From Candidatus Competibacter sp. (GTDB taxonomy: Bacteria > Pseudomonadota > Gammaproteobacteria > Competibacterales > Competibacteraceae), in NCBI GenBank assembly GCA_031732855.1, contig JAVMKJ010000110.1, positions 21,006-85,005 on the forward strand: a stretch of DNA of 64,000 nt, given 5' to 3'. Positions 19,113-28,940 of this stretch are shown here, piece by piece. Each line of letters begins with the position of its first letter. The stretch's first letter is position 1. Made by a program: the position numbers and the translations under genes. Below the pieces are notes generated by a model, which was not told the origin of the DNA, did not search any database, and was given only the letters and a program-made list of their open reading frames with translations.

Positions 19113-20051
19113 ATGAGCGCTCTCATCCACCTTGCCAATCCCCGCGGCTTCTGCGCCGGGGTAGACCGGGCCATCGGCATCGTCGAGCGGGCGCTGGACC
19201 GGTTCGGCGCGCCGATTTACGTGCGCCACGAGGTGGTCCACAACCGCTTCGTGGTCGACGACCTGCGCCGGCGGGGCGCGGTGTTCGTCGAGGAACTGGA
19301 CGAGGTGCCGGACGGCGCGACGGTTATTTTCAGCGCTCACGGGGTATCGCGGACAGTACGGGAGCAGGCGGCTCGGCGCGGTCTCAAGGTGTTTGACGCC
19401 ACCTGCCCGCTGGTGACCAAGGTTCACACGGAAGTCAGCCGGCACGGTTGCGCCGGCCGCGAGGTGATCCTGATCGGCCACGCCGGCCATCCGGAGGTCG
19501 AGGGCACCATGGGCCAGTACGACGAAAGTCGGGGCGGGCGCATGTATCTGGTGGAAACGGTGGAGGATGTGGCGGCGCTGGACGTGCGCGATCCAAACGA
19601 ACTGGCCTACGTCACCCAGACCACGCTGTCGGTGGACGATACCGCGCGGATCGTCGCCGCCCTGCGCGAGCGGTTCCCGGCGATCCAGGGGCCGCGCAAG
19701 GACGACATCTGCTACGCCACCCAAAACCGGCAGGACGCGGTCAAGGAGCTGTCGCGGCGCTGCCAGTTGCTGCTGGTGGTGGGTTCGCGCAACAGTTCCA
19801 ACTCCAACCGGCTGCGGGAACTGGCGGAGAAGGAAGGCACGCCGGCCTGGCTGATCGACGGCCCCGAGGATATCGATCCGGCGTGGCTGGCGGAGAAAAC
19901 CGCCATCGGCGTGACCGCCGGCGCCTCGGCGCCCGAGGTGCTGGTCCGTCAGGTCATCGCCCGCCTGCGGGAACTGGGCGCGACGGCGGTCACCGAGAGC
20001 GCCGGGCGGGAGGAGAACGTGGTGTTCGCCCTGCCGCGGGAGTTGCGGTGA
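19113..20051 (+). CDS. ispH: 4-hydroxy-3-methylbut-2-enyl diphosphate reductase
   Basis: [43 protein letters not shown]. The start was moved to the ATG at 19113. The position after lspA is conserved. Confidence 0.95.
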   Translation: MSALIHLANPRGFCAGVDRAIGIVERALDRFGAPIYVRHEVVHNRFVVDDLRRRGAVFVEELDEVPDGATVIFSAHGVSRTVREQAARRGLKVFDATCPLVTKVHTEVSRHGCAGREVILIGHAGHPEVEGTMGQYDESRGGRMYLVETVEDVAALDVRDPNELAYVTQTTLSVDDTARIVAALRERFPAIQGPRKDDICYATQNRQDAVKELSRRCQLLLVVGSRNSSNSNRLRELAEKEGTPAWLIDGPEDIDPAWLAEKTAIGVTAGASAPEVLVRQVIARLRELGATAVTESAGREENVVFALPRELR

Positions 20052-20085
20052 ATCAATGCCGGATAATGCTTGGCGCCGCAACAAT

Positions 20086-20110
20086 AAGGCCGGCAAGTTC
20101 GGCCGGCCTT
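20086..20110. terminator. GC-rich hairpin between convergent ispH and pilE (possible bidirectional terminator)
   Basis: AAGGCCGGC (20086-20094) and GCCGGCCTT (20102-20110) are perfect 9-bp complements with a 7-nt loop. The flanking U-tracts are poor, so confidence is modest. Confidence 0.4.
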
Positions 20111-20130
20111 ACCCTGTTCGACGCAGTGTT

Positions 20131-20634
20131 TCAACGCCAGCACTCATCCACCGTTTTGGTGGGGCTGTCCGTGAGGCCTCGAGCGCCCGTGTTGGTCAGA
20201 GTGAGCGTTTTACAGCCATCGCCGCTCTGCGCGCCGGTGGGAGCAGCCTGGAGGGTATAGGTATTTGCCGTCACCGCTGATAGGCTGAGGTTGTAGTACT
20301 TGGTTGCTCCCTCCTTGGGGGATGCCGTCAGGCCCGAATTTGGAAAGGATTGGATACCGCTGGTCGTGCTGGTGACAAGGTTAGGAGTACTGGCCCGATC
20401 CTGATCGTAGCGGTTGTTTGACGTGTAGTACCGCTCCATCCACTGCGCCGCCTCCAATAGCACGGCCTTGGCATCCGCGCGCCGGCTCTTCCTGATCTGT
20501 TCCAGGTAAGACGGGTAAGCGATAGCCGCAAGGATGGCGACCACCGCCACCGTGATCATCAGTTCGATCAGGGTAAAGCCACGCCATTTTCCGAGGCTTT
20601 TCCGTCTTGTTTTTTGACTGTTACCGGCGTTCAT
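20131..20634 (-). CDS. pilE: Type IV pilin-like protein (PilE-type minor pilin)
   Basis: Prepilin cleavage / N-methylation motif G|FTLIELMITVAVVAILAAIAYPSY. It is the last gene of the minor-pilin operon, and its start overlaps the pilY1 stop (TAATG). Confidence 0.8.
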   Translation of the reverse strand: MNAGNSQKTRRKSLGKWRGFTLIELMITVAVVAILAAIAYPSYLEQIRKSRRADAKAVLLEAAQWMERYYTSNNRYDQDRASTPNLVTSTTSGIQSFPNSGLTASPKEGATKYYNLSLSAVTANTYTLQAAPTGAQSGDGCKTLTLTNTGARGLTDSPTKTVDECWR

Positions 20635-23600
20635 TATTGAAACTCCACTTGCCGCCAGGATTGCCGACCAAGCTCGGGGGCAACAATGGGAATGTCCACC
20701 ACCCCACCCTCCGACGTACTGACGTAAAGCATGGATTTTCTCAGGTCGGGGGCTTTCATCGTGGTGGGCGCCGAAGCGATGCTATTGATGGTCACGCTGC
20801 TCGGCGCGAATCCGGTGCCGGGGGATGTTTCGGTGACGGGTACAGTGGAAGCAGTTGTACTCAGGAAACTTTCGGTCAGTCGTTTTCCCGTCACGGCGTC
20901 AAGCAGGTTTACCCAACTGGTCCCACCAAACTGGCAGGGGTCTGAATTCGGCAGGATGCTGGTAAAAACCACCCGGCTGCCGATGATCAAGGGATCGCCG
21001 GGAACTCGTTCCCCTGCTTCCTTCAGGTCGATATACCAGCCGCGCTTGGGCAAGGTATTGACGTTACCATCGTAATCCACTTCCCGCCTGCTGGTGACCC
21101 GATACGTGTTGCCGCCCGACGTGAAGCTTCCTGTCGAGGTAACCGTGGTTCCATTCACCACGGTTTGACAGGTTGGATCGGCCGGGCTGCCCGGGCAGAA
21201 AATCTGCGCTTGCAAGCCGGCGCGGTTGAAACAGGCGGTAGTAAAGGTTCCAGTAGTAACACCGTCACAGGAATGATTGTCCATGCCATCCCACACCCCA
21301 TAGAAGGTCTGCTGGCTGGTGTTGGTGACGTCGTTGGCGCCCAGATACCTGCCCGTGCCGAACAGCACCATGTAGGTGAATTCGTCCAGCCGTGTATTCG
21401 CAACGGTGTTCGTATTCAATTTGGTGGGATGCCGCGTCACCTGCGGCGCGGAAGTAATCGACTGGACGTTACCATTGGCGTCCTTGGCGGTAAACAGCTT
21501 GGCGTAGGTCCAGTTGTCGCGATTGGGATCCCGGATATCGAATCGCCACAGATTGCCTTCCAGATCGCCCGCATAGATGAAATCGGCAGTCCCATCCCCG
21601 TCGCCGTCGACGACGCTGGGTGTGGACAACCCCTGTCCCTCGCGCAGATCGAATTTTCTGACGATACTGCCATCCCCGACGTTGACGACAAACAGGACAG
21701 CGGTGGTGGCTGGTGTCACAGGATTCGTGACCGGTTTGCTTGGATTGTTGCTGTTGTAGCCGTTGCCAAAAACCACTACCCAGGGATTGTTGTCCGGGTT
21801 GGAATCAATAGTGCCAAAATCGGTGTCGCTCCGCCGAACCAGCGACGGCTGGCTGAAGGTCAGCCCCAGGTCGGGATCCGTGAACTCCCACAGTACTACG
21901 TTGGCGGCATTCGCTTCGGTCAGCGACCCGGCGGCCGTTACGCTGCCGGCGCTGTCAACCGTGCCAGAATCGGTCACGTCCAAGGCGAAATAGCTGCGCC
22001 CTCCCGATCGCAAGCCTCCGACTAATACCGTATGCCAGGCACTGACCCCGGCACTGACGAACTGCACGTCTTGCACGGTTGGCGAAGCATCCACATAGAA
22101 CTGGTGATTCTGGTTATACGTCAACTCAGTGAGGGCGTTAAGATTGGGATAGACCGCGCTGGGAACGTAGGCGAACACTTCCAGGCCGGTATTGGCATCG
22201 AAGCCGTGCAACATGCCGTCGTTGGCGCCGATATAAACCATCGGCCTGCGATTGCTGCGAGCATCGGCGAAGGTCTGATAGTTGCCAAAAGAATATCCGG
22301 CTACTGGTGGCCCCACATAGAACGGATTCGAGTTGACGATATCGCCGAGAATATTTCGAGTGGCGCCGATGGTGCGCTTGCGATACTGATTACCCAGGGG
22401 GTTTTCATTGGCCGCGTCGCCGCGCAAATACTTCAGGCGCGCTTCGCCCGCACCGTTACCGCCGTTCAGCGCGTTGACTTGGGCACGATCCAGCGCCGTC
22501 GCCCCGGTTTCCTCGGCGGGATCGGTCGGAATGGAGGCCGGCCAGAGGAAGGGGATACCACCGTGACTGGAGGGTTTGAAAGTCAAAATTTGGCGATTGT
22601 TGTAAGTCAGCAGATCTTGAGCCCGCCACACTTCATTTCCGATCGCCCCCGTGGTCGGATTAATCGACAACGCACGCAATTCGCCGTTCCAGATTTCACT
22701 ATTGAAGCGCGCCTGGTAAACCCGACTCCCTTGGACCAGCGAACCGGAATTAACCGCGACCGCCGCCGCGGAACTGGTACGACTGATAATTTCCTCGAAG
22801 GTTTGACTCAATTGCTGCTTCAGCTTGCCCGCATTGGTCACCAGGAAGTAGCTATCGGGCTTACCGTCGTTATCTCTATCCCATTCACCCTGCTGATCGG
22901 GAAGATTGTTCGAGTTGGCGTCAATAAAACCGCCCCACTTGGCTGCGTACCACAGCGGATCGTGCTTGATGAAGACCGCGGACGTCGTGCCGGCGGTCGC
23001 GGGCGCGAACGTGCGCGTGGTGTCGTACGGTAACGTTATGCCATCACTCCATTGGCCGGTTCCGGTATTCGGCGCGGGCGGGGTGCCGGTAAAAGCGGGC
23101 GGAGTGTCCAGAAAATAATCCACGTCGTTGGTGGGGTCACGACTGCCACCCGTGTTCCAGTCGCGAACCTCCAGGTAGACGCCATCATGGGTGGTGCCGG
23201 AGATCACATAGCCGATGTGATGCAGCACGCTGCCGGCTTCGTATTCGGAAACCAGACGGATCTCCAGTTGACCGGATGCGTTGACGGAGAAAGTGTAGTT
23301 CACAATGGCGTCCATGTCGTGATCGGAGCCGTATTCCGAATCTTCATAATTGATGCGGAACTTGATATACGGCCGCCCGCCATTGCATGCCTGTCCCGCG
23401 CTATCCGGCGGGACACTGGACGGACAATTACTGCCGGAGTTGCCCGTTCCGGTATTGGCAATGGCTTCGACGAAGAAATCCACAATGGTGTTGGTGGGTT
23501 GAAAATTTCCCGCGGCAGCATTGATCCCGTTACCTCCAACCGATTTGGCGAAAGGCACCACGGTAATGGTCTTGCGGTTGGAATCGGTATAATTGGGAAC

Positions 23601-25979
23601 GGGAATGGCAATCGTTGGGAGCGGAGACGACAGAGCAATCCCGAAGGTATCGGTTTTCACCACATGCGCCGGGCCAGATGGCGGGGTGATGGAACGAACG
23701 CCAGTGGTTTTACCAAAATAGCCGACGCTGGCGGCGTAATAGCCACCCTGACGAGTGGGTTCCTCCGGAGCCAAGCCGCGAATATTGCCGAAGCTGGTTA
23801 CATCTTTGGGTGTTGGCGCCGTATCGTAAACGCTGCCGGACTGGCCGATGAAAATACTCTTGGTTCCGCCTTCTTCATTGTTCCAGATGGTCTGACCAAT
23901 ATTCGCCACGTTCAAAGCGCCGATATCGCTGCTGACGCCACTGCCGAATCCCGAGGCAACACCCGGCAACTGGTCCGTGTCGAACGAGGGCGCATCGGCA
24001 ATCGCCAGCACGAACGGCTTGGAACAGTAGGGATAGCCACCCTCCGCAACAGGCCGATAGGGGTCGGTCCAAGCTGGTTTGGGCAAATTCAAGTTATCAG
24101 CGGCGTTAAACCGGCTGAATTCATCGCTGGTAACGGCGTAATCCGTCGTGGGACCCGTCTTGCCGGCGAAATAACGCAGACTCTCGTACATCATCTCAGC
24201 GACCGGATTACCCCACATGGCGCAGATGCCTTCCACCAACGGGGTCACCATCGGCACACTGCAACCGTTATCGTTATAGGCATAATCGCCCCGAAAGCCA
24301 ACGACACGGATGTTGCTAATGGTATTGACAATACTGCCGGCGGTGGGAGGGGTGACAAACTGGCCGGTGTTCGGATTAATTTCATCCTTGAATGAAGTAA
24401 TATTCTTGCGCAAGAGGCCGCCCGACAGGTTTTTATAGAACGAACCAGTCAACAAGCCAAACGCCATGCGGTCGGTTTCGCCATACTCATGCAACAGGCC
24501 CGTGGGTTTATAAACGGTGGGACTGGATTCCGGGTAGCCCTTGCATTCCGGCTCTAGCAGGCCGCTGACGCACGCCTTGACGCGAACCACATGGTCGGTT
24601 CTGGCTGAAACCGGAATCGTCCGGTTGTAAGTCGAAATCACCAGATTGGAAAACTTTGCGCTGGGCACTACCTGCCATGCCCCCCCGCTGTCCACACCCT
24701 TCCAAAACAACCAATAATTATCACCGCCACTTACCTCTTCATGACGGAATTGAATAGTATGAGCACCGGACGTCAAGGTGATAGAGCCTTTGTGAGCATC
24801 GCGGCAAGCTGTATTGGCTGGATCAGAATTGCAATTACCATGCCCGGTATACCAACCCGCCACTACCGTCCCATCAATCATCACCTCAACGGCGTCATCA
24901 CCATCTACAGAAAACTCATAAGTGCCAGCGGTAGTGACATTGAGCGTGCCGCTGAAAACCGTGATATAGTTCTCGTCGCTGCCATACGGATTACAGTTCG
25001 ACGCGCATTCAATTCGGCCATTCAGGGTAAATTCCGGCGTTGAGGGGGTCGGCGGGGCGCTGGATCCCATTAAATGGCCAGGATTAACGAAGCGGGCCGC
25101 CAAGGCATCAAACTCCGCATGATTATTAGGGTGAGACGTATCGGTATCGGTACCGCTGGGTGATGCACAATTGGGACCATTGCCTCCATGAATACACTTA
25201 TCACCCGCAACAGGGCGCTCGATCGCCACCCAGTTCCAGATTCGATAACTGCTATTGGTCAGCACTCGCAACAGGGTTTTTTGGTCGGCATCATTTTGGA
25301 GGGTCGTATTGGCGAATAGATGCCGAGTTCCATCAGCCGGCTGCGACAGCGGAGTATAGTCAGAAATATAATACCCATCGCGGGCAAAGCTTTCATACTC
25401 CTTGCCCCAACTGTGCGCGTCCTGGGGAATGCGTGCCCGCTGCAAAATGGTTTCCGTGGCGCTATCGACATTACGGTAGCCGCCATAAAGCACGCGGCGC
25501 AGGGCATCGATCCGGGATGTGGTTAGATAGTTGAGAAAATCCCCACTCCAATTGCCCGAGCAGGTTTTAATTCGATTCGTTCTTCTATTATTGATTACAT
25601 CGGTCGTCATGGACACGGGTGTGAAATAATCCGTAAGACTCGGATTGGTATTATCGCCTTGGTAGCTGTAACACTTATAGGAATCGAAATAGCCATAATA
25701 GTCCAGCGGCTTTCCATCCTGCATGAGATTGGGTTTATAGCCGACATCAATTTCGCCGTCCTGATTTAGATCGGATGCGTCGTTATAGGCTTCGTAATAC
25801 AGCTTATGATCGCGTCCCATGACCAGCATCGCCAAGGGCTTTCCATTCCCACCTAGAAACAAGGGGTTGTTGGAGATCTGCACATCAGCTTGAGCACTCG
25901 ACCAAGATAATCCGAGCACGCACCCCAATAGCAACCCCCTTAACAGGAACTGACTCATCATTAAGCGGAGCTTATTCAT
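20634..25979 (-). CDS. pilY1: PilY1/PilC-family type IV pilus tip adhesin / biogenesis protein, enlarged (1781 aa) with a PA14-like insert
   Basis: Signal peptide present. The conserved N-terminal block is LVMGRDHKLYYEAYNDASDLNQDGEID. A PA14-like segment spans aa ~315-445 (FSGTLNVTTAGTYEFSVDGDDAVEVMIDG..HTIQFRHEEVSGGDNYWLFWKG). The C-terminal beta-propeller shows YIGANDGMLHGFDANTG and a Ca-site-like DGDGDGTADFIYAGDLEGNLWRFD. Confidence 0.85.
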   Translation of the reverse strand: MNKLRLMMSQFLLRGLLLGCVLGLSWSSAQADVQISNNPLFLGGNGKPLAMLVMGRDHKLYYEAYNDASDLNQDGEIDVGYKPNLMQDGKPLDYYGYFDSYKCYSYQGDNTNPSLTDYFTPVSMTTDVINNRRTNRIKTCSGNWSGDFLNYLTTSRIDALRRVLYGGYRNVDSATETILQRARIPQDAHSWGKEYESFARDGYYISDYTPLSQPADGTRHLFANTTLQNDADQKTLLRVLTNSSYRIWNWVAIERPVAGDKCIHGGNGPNCASPSGTDTDTSHPNNHAEFDALAARFVNPGHLMGSSAPPTPSTPEFTLNGRIECASNCNPYGSDENYITVFSGTLNVTTAGTYEFSVDGDDAVEVMIDGTVVAGWYTGHGNCNSDPANTACRDAHKGSITLTSGAHTIQFRHEEVSGGDNYWLFWKGVDSGGAWQVVPSAKFSNLVISTYNRTIPVSARTDHVVRVKACVSGLLEPECKGYPESSPTVYKPTGLLHEYGETDRMAFGLLTGSFYKNLSGGLLRKNITSFKDEINPNTGQFVTPPTAGSIVNTISNIRVVGFRGDYAYNDNGCSVPMVTPLVEGICAMWGNPVAEMMYESLRYFAGKTGPTTDYAVTSDEFSRFNAADNLNLPKPAWTDPYRPVAEGGYPYCSKPFVLAIADAPSFDTDQLPGVASGFGSGVSSDIGALNVANIGQTIWNNEEGGTKSIFIGQSGSVYDTAPTPKDVTSFGNIRGLAPEEPTRQGGYYAASVGYFGKTTGVRSITPPSGPAHVVKTDTFGIALSSPLPTIAIPVPNYTDSNRKTITVVPFAKSVGGNGINAAAGNFQPTNTIVDFFVEAIANTGTGNSGSNCPSSVPPDSAGQACNGGRPYIKFRINYEDSEYGSDHDMDAIVNYTFSVNASGQLEIRLVSEYEAGSVLHHIGYVISGTTHDGVYLEVRDWNTGGSRDPTNDVDYFLDTPPAFTGTPPAPNTGTGQWSDGITLPYDTTRTFAPATAGTTSAVFIKHDPLWYAAKWGGFIDANSNNLPDQQGEWDRDNDGKPDSYFLVTNAGKLKQQLSQTFEEIISRTSSAAAVAVNSGSLVQGSRVYQARFNSEIWNGELRALSINPTTGAIGNEVWRAQDLLTYNNRQILTFKPSSHGGIPFLWPASIPTDPAEETGATALDRAQVNALNGGNGAGEARLKYLRGDAANENPLGNQYRKRTIGATRNILGDIVNSNPFYVGPPVAGYSFGNYQTFADARSNRRPMVYIGANDGMLHGFDANTGLEVFAYVPSAVYPNLNALTELTYNQNHQFYVDASPTVQDVQFVSAGVSAWHTVLVGGLRSGGRSYFALDVTDSGTVDSAGSVTAAGSLTEANAANVVLWEFTDPDLGLTFSQPSLVRRSDTDFGTIDSNPDNNPWVVVFGNGYNSNNPSKPVTNPVTPATTAVLFVVNVGDGSIVRKFDLREGQGLSTPSVVDGDGDGTADFIYAGDLEGNLWRFDIRDPNRDNWTYAKLFTAKDANGNVQSITSAPQVTRHPTKLNTNTVANTRLDEFTYMVLFGTGRYLGANDVTNTSQQTFYGVWDGMDNHSCDGVTTGTFTTACFNRAGLQAQIFCPGSPADPTCQTVVNGTTVTSTGSFTSGGNTYRVTSRREVDYDGNVNTLPKRGWYIDLKEAGERVPGDPLIIGSRVVFTSILPNSDPCQFGGTSWVNLLDAVTGKRLTESFLSTTASTVPVTETSPGTGFAPSSVTINSIASAPTTMKAPDLRKSMLYVSTSEGGVVDIPIVAPELGRQSWRQVEFQ

Positions 25980-26017
25980 TGCCTGTCTCCAAAATACCTT
26001 GAGAGATTTTATAAAAA

Positions 26018-26686
26018 TTACCGACCGTAGACGGATTGCAACATGATGCGAGCCAAGGGCTGGGGCGGTGTACTATCGGACACCGCGATACCGTAGCCTT
26101 GGGCGGTCACACGATAGTAAGTCGTCTTGGGTGATGGAGTTCTACCGACCACGACCGAGCCGAATTCAGCCAAATATTCAAGAATGTAACGGGGCTGTCT
26201 GGAAACCACGGCCAAATCCGGCGGATGCGTGATAGTGGAAGCTGATGGTAAAGTACCCTGCGAGGTATATTGGTTATATTCCCGGTAAGGTAAAGGAGAA
26301 CTCGTTTTGCTCCAGTCGATAGCCAGCCATTGTGGCGGATCCGTTGTCGTTGTGGGTGGCAAGCACAACCCATTCAGGCTCGGCTTGCTGACATGGATGC
26401 AACTGGAAGAAAAATCAACTTTTTTGTAGTCATCCGGATTCACTCTACGGAATGTGATCGAATCCCTGTTGCTCAGATCCTGCTCGCCATCCTGCAAGCC
26501 TAGTTCCGCCGCCTGGAACGCGATATTCGAATCACGTACATTACCCGCCATCTTCTCTTCCATGATGGTTGTCCGCATGCCTGCCGTGCCGAGAATGAAC
26601 ATCAACAACAGCACGGTCAGGCCAATAATCAAGGCGCTCCCTGCTTGATGTTTCCTAATGCTTAACTGCTTGCTGACCATAACCAA
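26018..26686 (-). CDS. pilX: Minor pilin PilX
   Basis: The hydrophobic N-terminus SALIIGLTVLLLMFILGTAGMRTTIMEEKMAGN is typical of the PilX N-terminal domain. It is positioned between pilW and pilY1. Confidence 0.7.
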   Translation of the reverse strand: MVMVSKQLSIRKHQAGSALIIGLTVLLLMFILGTAGMRTTIMEEKMAGNVRDSNIAFQAAELGLQDGEQDLSNRDSITFRRVNPDDYKKVDFSSSCIHVSKPSLNGLCLPPTTTTDPPQWLAIDWSKTSSPLPYREYNQYTSQGTLPSASTITHPPDLAVVSRQPRYILEYLAEFGSVVVGRTPSPKTTYYRVTAQGYGIAVSDSTPPQPLARIMLQSVYGR

Positions 26687-26690
26687 TCCC

Positions 26691-27443
26691 TCAACGTTCG
26701 TTGCGCAGGGTTACCGTAGTCGTAAACACGCGGCGCAGGTATCGATCCGTTGAGGCAGGCGTGACGGTAGCGCCGTTGAAAGTATAGGGCTGGGGACTAT
26801 CGGCCAGATAATTTTCAGCGGTGCGCAGCAGCAAACTGATTCGCGCGCTGACGACCCTGTCCCATCGACCCACGTCGCTTGCTGGAACGTAACGATCCGC
26901 TACTCCCCACGTATCACCATCGGTATTTTCTCCGTACAGAATTTGCATATTCTCGACATTATCCACGATGGGTTGAGTTTGTCCCCCAGATACACATTGA
27001 AGACTGTTGCTGTTGCTAATACTCAGCACATTGCTGGCTGTGGCGTTTTCACCGACTTGGGCGTTCACGCAATCTCTGACATCACCTTGACCTGGACCTT
27101 CGCCTTCAAAAGCAACGGTTATCGTATCACTGCTGTTAGGTCCACCATTATTGGTTCCCTGAACCGCTTGAACACTGGGAAAAACTTCTTTGAAGCTCAG
27201 CCCGCGTTCGATATTAAAACGGGAACGAGATCCAGCCAGTCGGGTCAAGCGACTGATATAGTCGAGGGCATAGCGGCCATTCTCTTGAACCCGAGATAAA
27301 TTTTCCTGCACTTTGGCTGACACCCGCAAACTGATGAATAGCTGCAATAGGCCTGCCAACAAAAATAAACTGATCACGAGCGCCACCAGGATTTCGATTA
27401 AAGTGAGGCCCTGTTGACGGTGTTTGCGAATCATGGTGTTCAT
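26691..27443 (-). CDS. pilW: Minor pilin PilW
   Basis: N-methylation motif G|LTLIEILVALVISLFLLAGLL. Size and position match pilW. Confidence 0.8.
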   Translation of the reverse strand: MNTMIRKHRQQGLTLIEILVALVISLFLLAGLLQLFISLRVSAKVQENLSRVQENGRYALDYISRLTRLAGSRSRFNIERGLSFKEVFPSVQAVQGTNNGGPNSSDTITVAFEGEGPGQGDVRDCVNAQVGENATASNVLSISNSNSLQCVSGGQTQPIVDNVENMQILYGENTDGDTWGVADRYVPASDVGRWDRVVSARISLLLRTAENYLADSPQPYTFNGATVTPASTDRYLRRVFTTTVTLRNER

Positions 27444-28006
27444 GGGCGAAAACTCGTGCTAAATAGCAGGGGATTTCCAGATGGGTCATCATTCCACCAG
27501 ATTTTGACGGCATACATCGCCACCTCGGGATTGGCGGCTCCCACACCATCACATGCCGGAGCACCAGAAGTGGCGCCTGGCGTACCATCTTCCGGCGTAC
27601 TGTCGATACAAACCACGCCCACGCCGTTGGGCAGGACATCGGCAATCGCCTGATTCCATCTAAATAAATCGTGTGCCGCCATCTGCTGTGAATTACAACC
27701 CGAAGTCGACTCGCAAGCGGTGTTCTGGGTACCCGCCGAACCGCTTACTGAGGGATTATTATAGTAACCATCCCGAATTCCACGGATATTCGCCCGCATC
27801 CGGTCAATAATATCGTAGGATTGAATCGTTGCCTGCGTTCGCATATAGGCGCTGTGATTGGTGCGCAAGCCGATGACTTGCATGCCGGCGAGGCTCAGCA
27901 GTCCCACTGACAATACGATTAGAGCAACCAGAACCTCAAGAAGAGAGAAGCCAAAATGAAAGCGTGCTGGCTTATAACAGGCCTTGTTCCACCTATTCAT
28001 GGGCAT
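27440..28006 (-). CDS. pilV: Minor pilin PilV
   Basis: G|FSLLEVLVALIVLSVGLLSLAGMQ. Its stop overlaps the pilW start by 4 nt. Confidence 0.8.
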   Translation of the reverse strand: MPMNRWNKACYKPARFHFGFSLLEVLVALIVLSVGLLSLAGMQVIGLRTNHSAYMRTQATIQSYDIIDRMRANIRGIRDGYYNNPSVSGSAGTQNTACESTSGCNSQQMAAHDLFRWNQAIADVLPNGVGVVCIDSTPEDGTPGATSGAPACDGVGAANPEVAMYAVKIWWNDDPSGNPLLFSTSFRP

Positions 28007-28557
28007 GCATCTCCCGTTTGCTTTTCTCTAACCCTAACGCGTCCCGTACTGCTGAGCACAATGAAACGGGCCTGATCGACGCCTCTGCTATCGCACAAAT
28101 TTAAAGTTCCTGTACCTAAACCTGTTGCTGTACCATCTGCATTATTGCCAATACTTACACCATTTGGGAGGTAACCAATCCACTTCGTGAGAGTACCGCT
28201 TGCGCGTAGGGTGAAGTTTTGAGTAAGAGCCCCTTGCACTTTAATTACTTCTCCATTATCAGGTATATTATTTTGATTTCGGTCAACAAAAACGATCCAG
28301 CCATTTTCCCAAACCCCAGTTATGTCATCAGTGCAGGTAGCACCATTCGTGCTTCGACAGATTATCACTCTAACACCACTTTTCGCCGCTTCGGAACGCG
28401 CCAAATTTAAGAAACCGACAATTTCGTTCGTTTGTGCTACGCGGGTGCTATTCAGAATCGCGGTTCGGAATGATGGCACGCCAATAGTTAACACAATAGC
28501 CGCCAGCATGACTGTGACTATCAATTCAATAAGGGTAAAACCAGCACTTCTGTTCAT
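27997..28557 (-). CDS. fimT: Minor pilin FimT/FimU (GspH-type)
   Basis: G|FTLIELIVTVMLAAIVLTIGVPSF, followed by a GspH-like body. It is the first gene of the operon. Confidence 0.75.
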   Translation of the reverse strand: MNRSAGFTLIELIVTVMLAAIVLTIGVPSFRTAILNSTRVAQTNEIVGFLNLARSEAAKSGVRVIICRSTNGATCTDDITGVWENGWIVFVDRNQNNIPDNGEVIKVQGALTQNFTLRASGTLTKWIGYLPNGVSIGNNADGTATGLGTGTLNLCDSRGVDQARFIVLSSTGRVRVREKQTGDACP

Positions 28558-28940
28558 GGCATTAAATCCTTTTTTGAACGATTACCCTATATCCGACCAT
28601 CACCTCAACTTCATCAGGCTGGGGCACGAATGGTCATATTTTCCCGACAAAGGGTTGATTTCGGGCCGCCCCGCGCCAGTACGCCCGTGTTGGCGGCAAG
28701 AGGCGGGCTATCCGCTTGGTGCGTCACAACCCCTTCTTCGGCCAGATTTCCTTTTGCGCTGGACCTGGCGCGCGGCGTTCGAGCTGGCGATTTCCCCAAC
28801 GAGTATTCCGAGTATGCAAAGGACACCGCATCGGGGAGGATTTGGCGACTATAATGCAATCAAATTGTATTTGCTTGCGCTGAGGGTCGCGAATATGGCC
28901 AACCCGCCGATCCTCGGCAGTCATCAGGATTCCATCCTCG

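Noticed and set aside
28558-28940. AlgR-binding sites in the fimT-algZ intergenic region
   Set aside because: There are only loose resemblances (GGTGCGTC, GGCGTTCGAG) to the CCGT(T/G)CGTC-type consensus I remember. They are too degenerate to call without a matrix scan.
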